A stretch of DNA of 43,909 bases from IMG/VR virus record IMGVR_UViG_2778261176_000017. One strand, 5' to 3'. The notes below the pieces were generated by a model. The model did not search any database. It saw nothing but the letters and a program-made list of their open reading frames with translations, and was not told the origin of the DNA. The stretch's first letter is position 1, and each line of letters begins with the position of its first letter. Both the position numbers and the translations under genes were made by a program. The DNA comes from a virus (lineage: Duplodnaviria > Heunggongvirae > Uroviricota > Caudoviricetes). Below, one piece after another: positions 27,002 to 35,400 of the stretch.

Positions 27002-28408
27002 ATGGCTGATATATCAACACCCAACCTCGACTATAACGATATGCTGGAGGCGTGGGATATTAACGACGCATTGATGGGCGGTACGCTTGAAATGCGCAGG
27101 CAGGGGGAAAATTATCTCCCCAAATGGCCTAATGAAGATGAAGACGCTTATAAAAAACGCCTGTCTGTGGCTACGTTACTTCCTGTGTATGAAGAAAGCA
27201 TCAAACAAAATATTGGGCGCATATTTGCAGAGCCGACAGTATTGAGTGAGGAAACGCCGGAAAAAATCAGGGAATATGCAGAAAATATCGACATGGAGGG
27301 GAGCCGACTGGATGTGTGGGCGCAGCAATTTTTCAGTCTCGCATTTCAGTATGGTGTGGCACATGCGCTGGTGGACTATCCACGAACGGATATGAACGAG
27401 ATTCGGACAAAAGCCGATGAAAACGCGGCCGGTGGTCGCCCGTACGTTACGATGCTGAATCCACGCCAGGTTATTGGATGGAAATCGAAAGTTGAAAAAG
27501 GGAAAGTTGTTCTCACTGATTTGCGTATAAAAGAGGTCATCATTATTGATGGTGATGATTTCGGGCAGAAGAAGGTGGAGCAGATCCGCCATATTATGCC
27601 CCGTCGAGTAGAAATTTATCGACGCAGCGAAGGTATTAATGGCGAATCTGTCTGGATGCTTCATGAGTCATGGAATACCAGCCGTGATGATATTCCTCTG
27701 GTAACACTGTATACGAAGAAAACAGGGTTTATGCGTGGTACACCGCCATTGCTTAATCTTGGCTTGCTGAATATCAAGCACTGGCAAAGCCAGAGCGAGC
27801 AGGACAATATTCTTCATGTTGCCCGCGTTCCATTGCTGGTGGCCTACGGGCTGGACAGGAATGAAGAACTGACGGTTGGTGCATCCACGGCTACGATTTT
27901 TGAGGACAGAACAAAAAATGGCCTCGAATATGTTGAACATAGTGGCGCAGCGATAGAATCTGGCGAAACATCACTTGAGAAGCTGGAAAATCAGATGCGT
28001 CATGCCGGCGCTAAACTTCTGCGGGCTGAAAATACATCCACCAAATCTGTTGATCAGACTAATGAAGAGCGGATGCAGGAACACTCGCCGCTTTATACAA
28101 TGGCGAACTCCCTCGAAGATGCCCTCGATAATATTCTCCAGATAATGGCGGAATGGAGCGGAGAGAGTTGCGGTGGCAATGTGGATGTGCGCACTGAACT
28201 GGATGTATCTGCCCAGGTGTTTGACTCATCCTCCGCGCTGGCTGTTCAGTCATTGCGTCAGGGCGGTGATATACGTCAGATTGATGCGGTTCGGGTGTTG
28301 CAGGCGTTGAAATTTATCGATCAGGATTCCCGTCCAGAGGATGTGATCGATGAATTAAAAAATCAGAGTGTAATGTTGATGGAAATCAATGATGCAAACC
28401 GTGAATGA
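27002..28408 (+). CDS. Portal protein (468 aa)
   Basis: Position directly after the large terminase (ATG 3 nt after its stop), size and acidic character; family not verified. Confidence 0.7.
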   Translation: MADISTPNLDYNDMLEAWDINDALMGGTLEMRRQGENYLPKWPNEDEDAYKKRLSVATLLPVYEESIKQNIGRIFAEPTVLSEETPEKIREYAENIDMEGSRLDVWAQQFFSLAFQYGVAHALVDYPRTDMNEIRTKADENAAGGRPYVTMLNPRQVIGWKSKVEKGKVVLTDLRIKEVIIIDGDDFGQKKVEQIRHIMPRRVEIYRRSEGINGESVWMLHESWNTSRDDIPLVTLYTKKTGFMRGTPPLLNLGLLNIKHWQSQSEQDNILHVARVPLLVAYGLDRNEELTVGASTATIFEDRTKNGLEYVEHSGAAIESGETSLEKLENQMRHAGAKLLRAENTSTKSVDQTNEERMQEHSPLYTMANSLEDALDNILQIMAEWSGESCGGNVDVRTELDVSAQVFDSSSALAVQSLRQGGDIRQIDAVRVLQALKFIDQDSRPEDVIDELKNQSVMLMEINDANRE

Positions 28409-29504
28409 ACGGCTGCGTGATGAATCAATTGCTCATGCAGTCTGGATATCCCGCTATAGCACTGGTGTGGCTGCCAGAATGGTGAAAATACTGAATGACA
28501 GCGATGCGGAGCTTACAGCTCGCCTGCTGGTAGCACTGGACAGCCTCGATCCTGGTAGTTTTACCGTTACGCGCCTGGAGTCACTTCTGGCGAGTGTCAG
28601 AGAGGTTAACCGCGCTGCTATTAACAGCATGTTTACCAGTCTCTCCGGAGAGCTGAACGAGCTGGCAATTTATGAGGCTGGTTATCAGTTAAGTCTGTTT
28701 GATTCTCTGCTACCTGATTTTGTTGCTGATGTTCACCCTCTGGTTGGTATATCTTCTGATGCACTTTACGCCGCTGCAATGGCGCGACCATTCCAGGGAC
28801 GACTGCTCAGTGAGTGGGCCTTGGATCTTGAGGCGGATCGGCTCAGACGCATAACAAATACGGTGCGTCAGGGTTTTTTGCTGGGGGATACCAATGAGCA
28901 GATCGCAAGAAAAATTCGGGGACATGTCAGCAAGGGATTTCAGGATGGTGCATTGCAGATGAGCCGGGCTAATGCGGCCAGCATTGCAAAAACAGCGGTT
29001 GGACATCTTGCTGCTACTGCCCGTGAGAGTTTTGCCAGCGCGAATAATGATTTGATTAAGGGTAAGCAATGGTTATCAACGCTTGATAATCGTACTACGC
29101 CACAATGTCGAATCAGGGATCGCCTCAAATATACGCTGGATAATAAACCTGTAGGTCACAGTGTGCCTTATTTGCATGGGCCGGGAAAAATTCATTTCTG
29201 CTGCCGCTCAACGGAAACGTTCATTCTGAAATCAGCGAAGGAACTGGGTATTGATGTTCGTGATATTTCCCCGGCTGAGCGGGCCAGCATGGATGGCGTG
29301 GTGGCCGGAGATACAACCTACAGGGAATGGTTTTTGCGTCAGCCTTACACCAGACAAAAACAGATTGTGGGGGAAAACCGGGCAAAGCTGATTCGGGATG
29401 GCGGTATGTCGCCAGATGAATTTTACACCGATAAAGGCGAATGGCTGACGCTGAAGCAACTCCGTGAGCGTGATGCACAGGTATTCAGAAAAGCAGGGAT
29501 TTAA
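28389..29504 (+). CDS. Head morphogenesis / minor capsid protein, Mu gpF-like (371 aa)
   Basis: Follows the portal with overlapping start. Region RITNTVRQGFLLGDTNEQIARKIRG is typical of the Mu F / SPP1 gp7-like family (from memory). Confidence 0.7.
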   Translation: MMQTVNERLRDESIAHAVWISRYSTGVAARMVKILNDSDAELTARLLVALDSLDPGSFTVTRLESLLASVREVNRAAINSMFTSLSGELNELAIYEAGYQLSLFDSLLPDFVADVHPLVGISSDALYAAAMARPFQGRLLSEWALDLEADRLRRITNTVRQGFLLGDTNEQIARKIRGHVSKGFQDGALQMSRANAASIAKTAVGHLAATARESFASANNDLIKGKQWLSTLDNRTTPQCRIRDRLKYTLDNKPVGHSVPYLHGPGKIHFCCRSTETFILKSAKELGIDVRDISPAERASMDGVVAGDTTYREWFLRQPYTRQKQIVGENRAKLIRDGGMSPDEFYTDKGEWLTLKQLRERDAQVFRKAGI

Positions 29505-29523
29505 ATAAATCATTTATTACAAC

Positions 29524-29548
29524 AGGCTACCTTCGGGTGGCCTTTTTT
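29524..29548 (+). terminator. Intrinsic terminator-like hairpin after the head morphogenesis gene
   Basis: Stem AGGCTACC (29524..29531) / GGTGGCCT (29536..29543) with one G-U pair, TTCG tetraloop, then a T-run. Confidence 0.55.
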
Positions 29549-29608
29549 ATTGCTGCGATCCGGATGGTGAGCAGCGTAACTGTCGGAAGACTTAAACCAG
29601 GTACTAAT

Positions 29609-30373
29609 ATGAAACTGAAAACGGTCGAGATTAACGGAAAACAATACGCAGAAATTGATACTGCTGGCCTGCCAGTTTATGTGCACGACGATGGTAAAGA
29701 AATCGGCTTCGATGCACCGCTGGCGATAAAAAAAATTACAGAGCTTAATGGCGAGGCAAAAAATCATCGCCTGGCTAAAGAAGCTGCAGAGGAAAAACTG
29801 GCTAAGTTTGCCGCTATCGAAGACCCGAAGAAGGCGATCGAGGCACTGGAAATGCTGTCAAAAATCGACCAGAAAAAGCTGATCGATGCGGGACAGGTTG
29901 ACCAGGTTAAGGCAGAAATTACGAAAAATTTTCAGCAGCAATTAGATGAAGAAAAGCAACGCTCTCAGATGCTGGAGACGCAGCTTTACGATTCTATGAT
30001 TGGCGGTAGTTTTGCGGGTTCAAAATATATTGCCGATAAAATTGCGATCCCGGCAGATTTATTACAAGCCCGCTTCGGGCAGGCATTCAAAGTGGAAGAA
30101 GGGAAGATCGTTGCTTATGACGCTTCCGGCAACAAAATTTATTCCCGCGCGAAGCCAGGAGAACTGGCGCAGTTTGATGAGGCGCTGGAGTTCCTCGTCG
30201 AAAATTACCCTCAGAAAGACTACATCCTGAAAGCCAGTGGCAACAATGGCGGCGGTTCCCGTCCGACACAGCATGATATTGGTCAGAAAACGATGAAACG
30301 CTCTGCTTTTGATGCACTGGATGTTGCAGGTAAGCAAAACGCACTGAAAGACGGTATCACAATCGTTGATTAA
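29609..30373 (+). CDS. Putative scaffolding protein (254 aa)
   Basis: Position between the Mu-F-like gene and the major capsid gene; charged coiled-coil-like composition. ATG 29609 chosen over the track's GTG at 29537, which lies inside the terminator hairpin. Confidence 0.5.
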   Translation: MKLKTVEINGKQYAEIDTAGLPVYVHDDGKEIGFDAPLAIKKITELNGEAKNHRLAKEAAEEKLAKFAAIEDPKKAIEALEMLSKIDQKKLIDAGQVDQVKAEITKNFQQQLDEEKQRSQMLETQLYDSMIGGSFAGSKYIADKIAIPADLLQARFGQAFKVEEGKIVAYDASGNKIYSRAKPGELAQFDEALEFLVENYPQKDYILKASGNNGGGSRPTQHDIGQKTMKRSAFDALDVAGKQNALKDGITIVD

Positions 30374-30471
30374 TACATTTGCCAGCTTCCGGATGGGAGT
30401 TGGTGTCAGGGCTGGATAGCTCACTACTCAATCCATTCACAATTACGCAAATTTTTAAGGAATATTTAATT

Positions 30472-31611
30472 ATGGCTGGAAATACCCTGACCGGGTTGAT
30501 CCCGACTATTTACACCGCCCTGGATGTTGTATCCCGTGAGCAGGTAGGTTTTATCCCTGCGGTAGCAAAAAACGCAAAAGCTGACGCCGCAGCAAAAGAT
30601 CAGACGGTAACCGCGCCAGTTGCGCCTGAGGCGAAAACCGAAGATATCGTACCGGGGCCGTCAGCTCCGAATACCGGTGATCAAAATATTGGCACTGTTG
30701 ATGTAAAAATTACTAAATCCAAAATGGCGCCGGTTAAATGGAATGGTGAAGAACAACTGGCTCTTGGCCCTTCAGGGACTTACAACACCATTCTGGCTGA
30801 TCAGTTCAAGCAGGCTTTTCGCGCCCTTGCAAACGAGGTTGAGGCTGATCTTGGTGCGTTGTATTTCGGTGCTTCCCGCGCCGTGGGAACCGCAGGGACA
30901 ACGCCGTTTGGTGTTAAAGATGATCTTTCTGATGCTGCTCTGGCTCGTCAGGTTCTGGAGGATAACGGCGCACCGACAACAGATCTGCAGATGGTGCTTG
31001 GTTCCACTGCCATTGCTAATTTGCGCGGAAAACAGTCTGTATTGTTTAAAGTGAATGAATCCGGCACTGAACAGCTACTGCGTGAGGGCGTGTTGGGGCG
31101 TCTGGAGGGATTCAATATTCACAGTTCGGCAGGTGTAAAACGAGCGCCAAAGGTTGCTGCAACTGGTTATCTCGTGAATGGCGAGAAAAAAGAAGGCGAT
31201 GTTCTTATTTCCATTGATACAGGTTCGGGGAGTATTTCTGCAGGTCAGATTGTTACGTTCGCTGGCGATCCGAATCAGTATGTTGTGGCAGCAGCGACCA
31301 GCAATCTGATTACTCTTGCAGCACCGGGACTGCGTCAGGATCTGGCCGATGATACTGCAATCACAGTTGTTGGCTCCTTTACTGCAAATATGGCGTTTGA
31401 TCGCAACGCGTTTCTGCTGGCATCCCGTACTCCGGCAATGCCGGAAGGTGGCGATAATGCTGATGATGTAATGAATGTTACGGACCCGATTTCAGGGATT
31501 ACGTTCCAGATTGCACTGTATCGTCAGTATCGCCAGGTGCGCTATGAAGTTGGACTGGCATGGGGTGTTTCGTCAGTGAAACCGGCACATGGTTGTCTGA
31601 TTCTTGGTTAA
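30472..31611 (+). CDS. Major capsid protein (379 aa)
   Basis: ATG 30472. Position after the scaffold gene and followed by a terminator; family not verified. Confidence 0.65.
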   Translation: MAGNTLTGLIPTIYTALDVVSREQVGFIPAVAKNAKADAAAKDQTVTAPVAPEAKTEDIVPGPSAPNTGDQNIGTVDVKITKSKMAPVKWNGEEQLALGPSGTYNTILADQFKQAFRALANEVEADLGALYFGASRAVGTAGTTPFGVKDDLSDAALARQVLEDNGAPTTDLQMVLGSTAIANLRGKQSVLFKVNESGTEQLLREGVLGRLEGFNIHSSAGVKRAPKVAATGYLVNGEKKEGDVLISIDTGSGSISAGQIVTFAGDPNQYVVAAATSNLITLAAPGLRQDLADDTAITVVGSFTANMAFDRNAFLLASRTPAMPEGGDNADDVMNVTDPISGITFQIALYRQYRQVRYEVGLAWGVSSVKPAHGCLILG

Positions 31612-31621
31612 ACATCCAAAC

Positions 31622-31641
31622 GGGGCTTCGGCCCCATTTTT
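31622..31641 (+). terminator. Intrinsic terminator after the major capsid gene
   Basis: Stem GGGGC (31622..31626) / GCCCC (31631..31635), TTCG loop, followed by ATTTTT. Confidence 0.55.
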
Positions 31642-31653
31642 AATGGAGGGTAT

Positions 31654-31878
31654 ATGGCCGGATTAACTAAAGAGCAAAGAGCACAGCGTGAAGCCGCGCA
31701 AAAAAATGCAGTGGTGGAGCAAAATGTGGAGCAAATTCAGGAGCCACAAAAAACGCAAATTGAGTTAGTGGTTATGGTGACCGATTATCAGATGTTTCCC
31801 GGCGCACCAACTATCGCTAATGTTCATCCTGATGAAGTTGACAACTGGAAGGCTCTGGGCTGGAAAACTCAGGAGTAA
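31654..31878 (+). CDS. Hypothetical head-module protein (74 aa)
   Basis: GGAGGG RBS before ATG 31654; position only. Confidence 0.4.
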   Translation: MAGLTKEQRAQREAAQKNAVVEQNVEQIQEPQKTQIELVVMVTDYQMFPGAPTIANVHPDEVDNWKALGWKTQE

Positions 31879-31881
31879 CAC

Positions 31882-32277
31882 ATGATCACTTACGTGACCT
31901 GTGATGACGTTGATAATGCGTTTGGGAACGCCTGGACGAGTGAGAACGCTAAAAATAAAGCTGTTTTAATGGCTAATGCCTGGCTTAATGGCTTCGGCCT
32001 GAAAATTAACCCATCCCGTATTCCGGAAGAGGTAAAACTTGCGGGAGCATATGCAGCCAGAATTGCCTCTGTCGGTAAGTTGTTTCAGCAGAAAAATGAT
32101 TCTGGCGTTGTTATCAGTAAAACCGTGTCGGCTGACGGGGTCAGTGTAACGAAATCATTTGCTGAATTGCCAGCAAACAGCACTGCATTGCTTGAACCCG
32201 ATTTACAGCTTGCGATAGCACTGCTGAAACCGTACGGACTTAGTCGCTCACAAGTCAGGGTTGTGAGGGGGGGATGA
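31882..32277 (+). CDS. Putative head-tail connector / head completion protein (131 aa)
   Basis: Position and size; tightly spaced with its neighbours. Confidence 0.4.
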   Translation: MITYVTCDDVDNAFGNAWTSENAKNKAVLMANAWLNGFGLKINPSRIPEEVKLAGAYAARIASVGKLFQQKNDSGVVISKTVSADGVSVTKSFAELPANSTALLEPDLQLAIALLKPYGLSRSQVRVVRGG

Positions 32278-32660
32278 TGGGGCTTCGTGAAGAGATTCAG
32301 TCAGAGGTTGCCGCTGCTTTTGATGAGGATTTAGCAGACGCCGTGAGTGATTTTTCTGGTTCTTACGTTACGCACCGGAACTGGGATCCTGTGACGGAAA
32401 CTGGCGGCGAATCCACAGCAACCTATACCGGGCGAGGCGTGTTGACGCGTTATAAGCTGGGCAGAATTGATGGGATTAATATTTTGCATGGTGACCTTAA
32501 ATTAACCGCTCTGGTATGCGAGGTTACGGATAAACCCGCTGTCGGCCATATTATTGAGATTTATGATCCTGTATCAAGGCAGTTGCAACGATACGAGGTA
32601 ATTACAGCGAGTGTAGATCCTTCCGCATCAGTTTACTCAATCCAGTTAAGGAGAGCGTAA
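32274..32660 (+). CDS. Putative head-tail joining protein (128 aa)
   Basis: Overlapping start (ATGATGG); position only. Confidence 0.4.
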   Translation: MMGLREEIQSEVAAAFDEDLADAVSDFSGSYVTHRNWDPVTETGGESTATYTGRGVLTRYKLGRIDGINILHGDLKLTALVCEVTDKPAVGHIIEIYDPVSRQLQRYEVITASVDPSASVYSIQLRRA

Positions 32661-33041
32661 ATGGCAAAGGCATGGGATATCGAACCGTCAATATTTGCCG
32701 GGATGATTGAGGAAGATGTGGGGCTGAAAATTCGCTACATCGCTATTCAGATTCTTACTGCTATCGATATTGCTGCTCCGGTTGATACCGGGCGTTTCAG
32801 AAATAACAACATGGTGTCGTTACAGCATCCCGATTTTGGAATATCTGATAACGTGGATCCGAACGGTACGATTGCGGTTCAGCGTGGGATCGGGGTTATT
32901 TCGAAAGCTGCAAATTACGGAATTATTTATATCCAGAATAACCTTCCTTATGCAGAGGCTCTTGAAAACGGTCATTCACAACAAGCGCCAACTGGCGTGT
33001 ATGCCAACGCTTTTCATGGTGTTTTACAGGCTTACAAATGA
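32661..33041 (+). CDS. Putative tail completion / neck protein (126 aa)
   Basis: Starts directly after the previous stop; position only. Confidence 0.4.
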   Translation: MAKAWDIEPSIFAGMIEEDVGLKIRYIAIQILTAIDIAAPVDTGRFRNNNMVSLQHPDFGISDNVDPNGTIAVQRGIGVISKAANYGIIYIQNNLPYAEALENGHSQQAPTGVYANAFHGVLQAYK

Positions 33042-33430
33042 CGTTTACTGAAATCAGAAATACGGTCATTTCCAGAATGACGGCACAGACGGTTATTAAT
33101 GGAAAAGACGTATTGTATCCGAACGGGCCAACGTTCGATCCTTCCGGTAAGTTAATCTGGGCGCGGTTAAGTAATATTCCCGGGCAGGCTGGAGTTAATG
33201 AAATTGGCGCGGGGCCGGTTGTTTATCGCACGGGGATAATCATTATTCAGTTATTTGTCCCCGCAGGTTCTGGTTCAAAACTCATTACTGAGACAGCCGA
33301 TAAATTGCGGGAACTGTTTGAGTTTCAGGATGACGACCGTCTCAGTTACCAGGCTGTTTCCTCAATAACCGTTGGCGAAAAGAATGGCTGGTTCCAGCTT
33401 AATCTTCAAATTCCATATCGCGCGCTCTAG
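33038..33430 (+). CDS. Putative tail terminator protein (130 aa)
   Basis: Overlapping start (ATGA); position upstream of the major tail gene. Confidence 0.4.
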   Translation: MTFTEIRNTVISRMTAQTVINGKDVLYPNGPTFDPSGKLIWARLSNIPGQAGVNEIGAGPVVYRTGIIIIQLFVPAGSGSKLITETADKLRELFEFQDDDRLSYQAVSSITVGEKNGWFQLNLQIPYRAL

Positions 33431-33456
33431 CGCAATTAATGACATAGGAGGCTCCT

Positions 33457-34419
33457 GTGAGTTCAGGTGCAAAGGTTATCTCGGCATTTATCCGGGAGAC
33501 AGTTGCAGGCGCCACACCAGCAAGTGGTGACTGGAGTTTATTAAAACGCACAAGCTGGGGAGTAAAACCCACCCAGAATAAAGGCGAAAATAATGAGATT
33601 GGTGGCTCCCGGATGGCTCAGGGGGCGACGCCTGGCACTGTGGATGTTGGCGGTGATGTTGGTACCAAATTTCGCTGGGGTCAACATGATGATTTTCTTG
33701 CATCCTGTTTCGGCGCGGAATGGTCAGGTGATTCTCTGACAATGGGGAATGAGCGAATAACATTTTCTCTGGCGACCTATGCGTCCGATGTCGGAATTGC
33801 CTCTGTTGTCAGAGGAGCGCAGGTTGGCTCATGGAAAATGCAGATCCCTAACGACGGCGATATTACGGCGACCGTAACCTTTGCCGGGCTGGACTGGGAA
33901 TCAAAGGCCGATGATACGAATTTTATCAAAGGCGAACCTGTGGATAGTGCAGGAAAGCTACGTTATTCGTTTAAGGAGGTTTCAGCAGTAAGCCTGAATG
34001 GTGTTGCCGGAGGTAACGGTTTTTGTATCGACAGTTTTGATATTCAGTTCGATAACAAACTCCAGACACAGCGTTGTATCGGGACTGGCTCGCCTTATGC
34101 AGGAGCAAATATTCCGACTACTTTTACACCGTCCGGTACGGTGACGCTTTCATGGTCTAAAGCCGCGTGGGAAATCTGGAGTAAAACACTGACTGGAGAA
34201 ACAGTTCCGTTCAGCTTCACGCTTTCGAATGGAGAGGGGGCATACACTTTCAGTTTCCCGAAGGTTCAGGTGTCAGGTGAATGGCCTGATGGGGGTAATA
34301 CCGACATTATCCAGGTTCAATTGAGCATTACCGCAGCAGATGAAGCACCTACGATAACCAGAAAAAAAGCCTCCCCGGCTGCCGTGATCGCAAAAGCCAG
34401 TGCTGAGGCGATTAGTTGA
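33457..34419 (+). CDS. Major tail (tube) protein (320 aa, GTG start)
   Basis: AGGAGG RBS (33444..33449) before GTG 33457. Position upstream of the chaperone and tape-measure genes; Gly/Thr/Ser-rich composition. Confidence 0.6.
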   Translation: MSSGAKVISAFIRETVAGATPASGDWSLLKRTSWGVKPTQNKGENNEIGGSRMAQGATPGTVDVGGDVGTKFRWGQHDDFLASCFGAEWSGDSLTMGNERITFSLATYASDVGIASVVRGAQVGSWKMQIPNDGDITATVTFAGLDWESKADDTNFIKGEPVDSAGKLRYSFKEVSAVSLNGVAGGNGFCIDSFDIQFDNKLQTQRCIGTGSPYAGANIPTTFTPSGTVTLSWSKAAWEIWSKTLTGETVPFSFTLSNGEGAYTFSFPKVQVSGEWPDGGNTDIIQVQLSITAADEAPTITRKKASPAAVIAKASAEAIS

Positions 34420-34467
34420 TTTTCCGTTATTCCCCCTGTGGTACTGCACTACAGGGGGGCGCATTGA

Positions 34468-34929
34468 ATGAGGTTATGGATGTTTATTCTTAATCAGAAA
34501 ATTATCATCGGTGGTGAACGCTGGTTTACCCCAATGAAGGACTTAAAACCTGTAGACGGGTTAAAACTGTTGGTGGCAAGCAGCGATAACGATCAGTATC
34601 GCTCCCGTAATGCATTAATCCGTCGTCACATTGAGAAAATGGATGCCAGTTTGCACGTCGGAACGAAGGAGTTTGATATTGCAAAGGTTTCCGAGGTGGA
34701 TTCTGTTGATGATTTACTCATTGATAATGCTGCTCGTTATCTGCTGAAAGACTGGAAAGGGGTTGGTGAACTGGTTGATGGTGTTGAGGTTGCACTGGAA
34801 TATACGCCAGAACGAGGGATCGCGCTGCTTAAGCAGAATCCGGAGTTGTACTGGCAGATCCTTGCAGAAGCAGTCAGCATCGCCCAGGGTAAAGAGCAGC
34901 AGAAGCAGGATACGATAAAAAAGCCATAG
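34468..34929 (+). CDS. Tail assembly chaperone G-like (153 aa)
   Basis: Position immediately upstream of the tape-measure gene; slippery heptamer near its 3' end. Confidence 0.6.
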   Translation: MRLWMFILNQKIIIGGERWFTPMKDLKPVDGLKLLVASSDNDQYRSRNALIRRHIEKMDASLHVGTKEFDIAKVSEVDSVDDLLIDNAARYLLKDWKGVGELVDGVEVALEYTPERGIALLKQNPELYWQILAEAVSIAQGKEQQKQDTIKKP

Positions 34930-35237
34930 CCGCCCAGCGGTGGTTATCGGAGTTCGGGGGAGAAAAGGGTGAAAAGGCAAGATGGAAGCGAGAAAAACTC
35001 AGGTTGCCACCGATACCGGAACCAGAAATAGACCCGGTGCTTAAGGAATTGTTGTACGCCTATTCGGTAATATCCCGTGCCCGACGTTATGCTGGAATGA
35101 CTGGGGTGCCTTTGCCTTTATCTCTGACAGAGATAAATGAATATTTAGCCACTCGTCCGGTATTGATTGAGCGCGATGAATTTGAAGCAGTGATCTTTGC
35201 ACTGGATGACCAGTATTTTCAGGAGCAGTGTGTGTAG
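34468..35237 (+). CDS. Tail assembly chaperone GT-like fusion via programmed -1 frameshift at A_AAA_AAG (34917..34923)
   Basis: The -1 frame is open from the slip site to TAG at 35235..35237, checked codon by codon. Canonical arrangement upstream of the tape-measure gene. Confidence 0.5.
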
Positions 35238-35357
35238 TTGTTAATTACGTACACTCTGTTACAGAGATGTGATGGTGTCTTTAATTAAATCGATGATGGT
35301 CCTGGAGAAAAGCATTGCGTGGCCTCGTAATCGCTATATCTACTATTATGTCGCCTG

Positions 35358-35380
35358 AAACCCACTTCGGTGGGTTTTTT
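35358..35380 (+). terminator. Intrinsic terminator-like hairpin upstream of the tape-measure gene
   Basis: Stem AAACCCAC (35358..35365) / GTGGGTTT (35370..35377), TTCG loop, then a T-run; followed by CAGGAG RBS and ATG 35401. Confidence 0.55.
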
Positions 35381-35400
35381 GTTGTCAGGAGTTTTAATGA

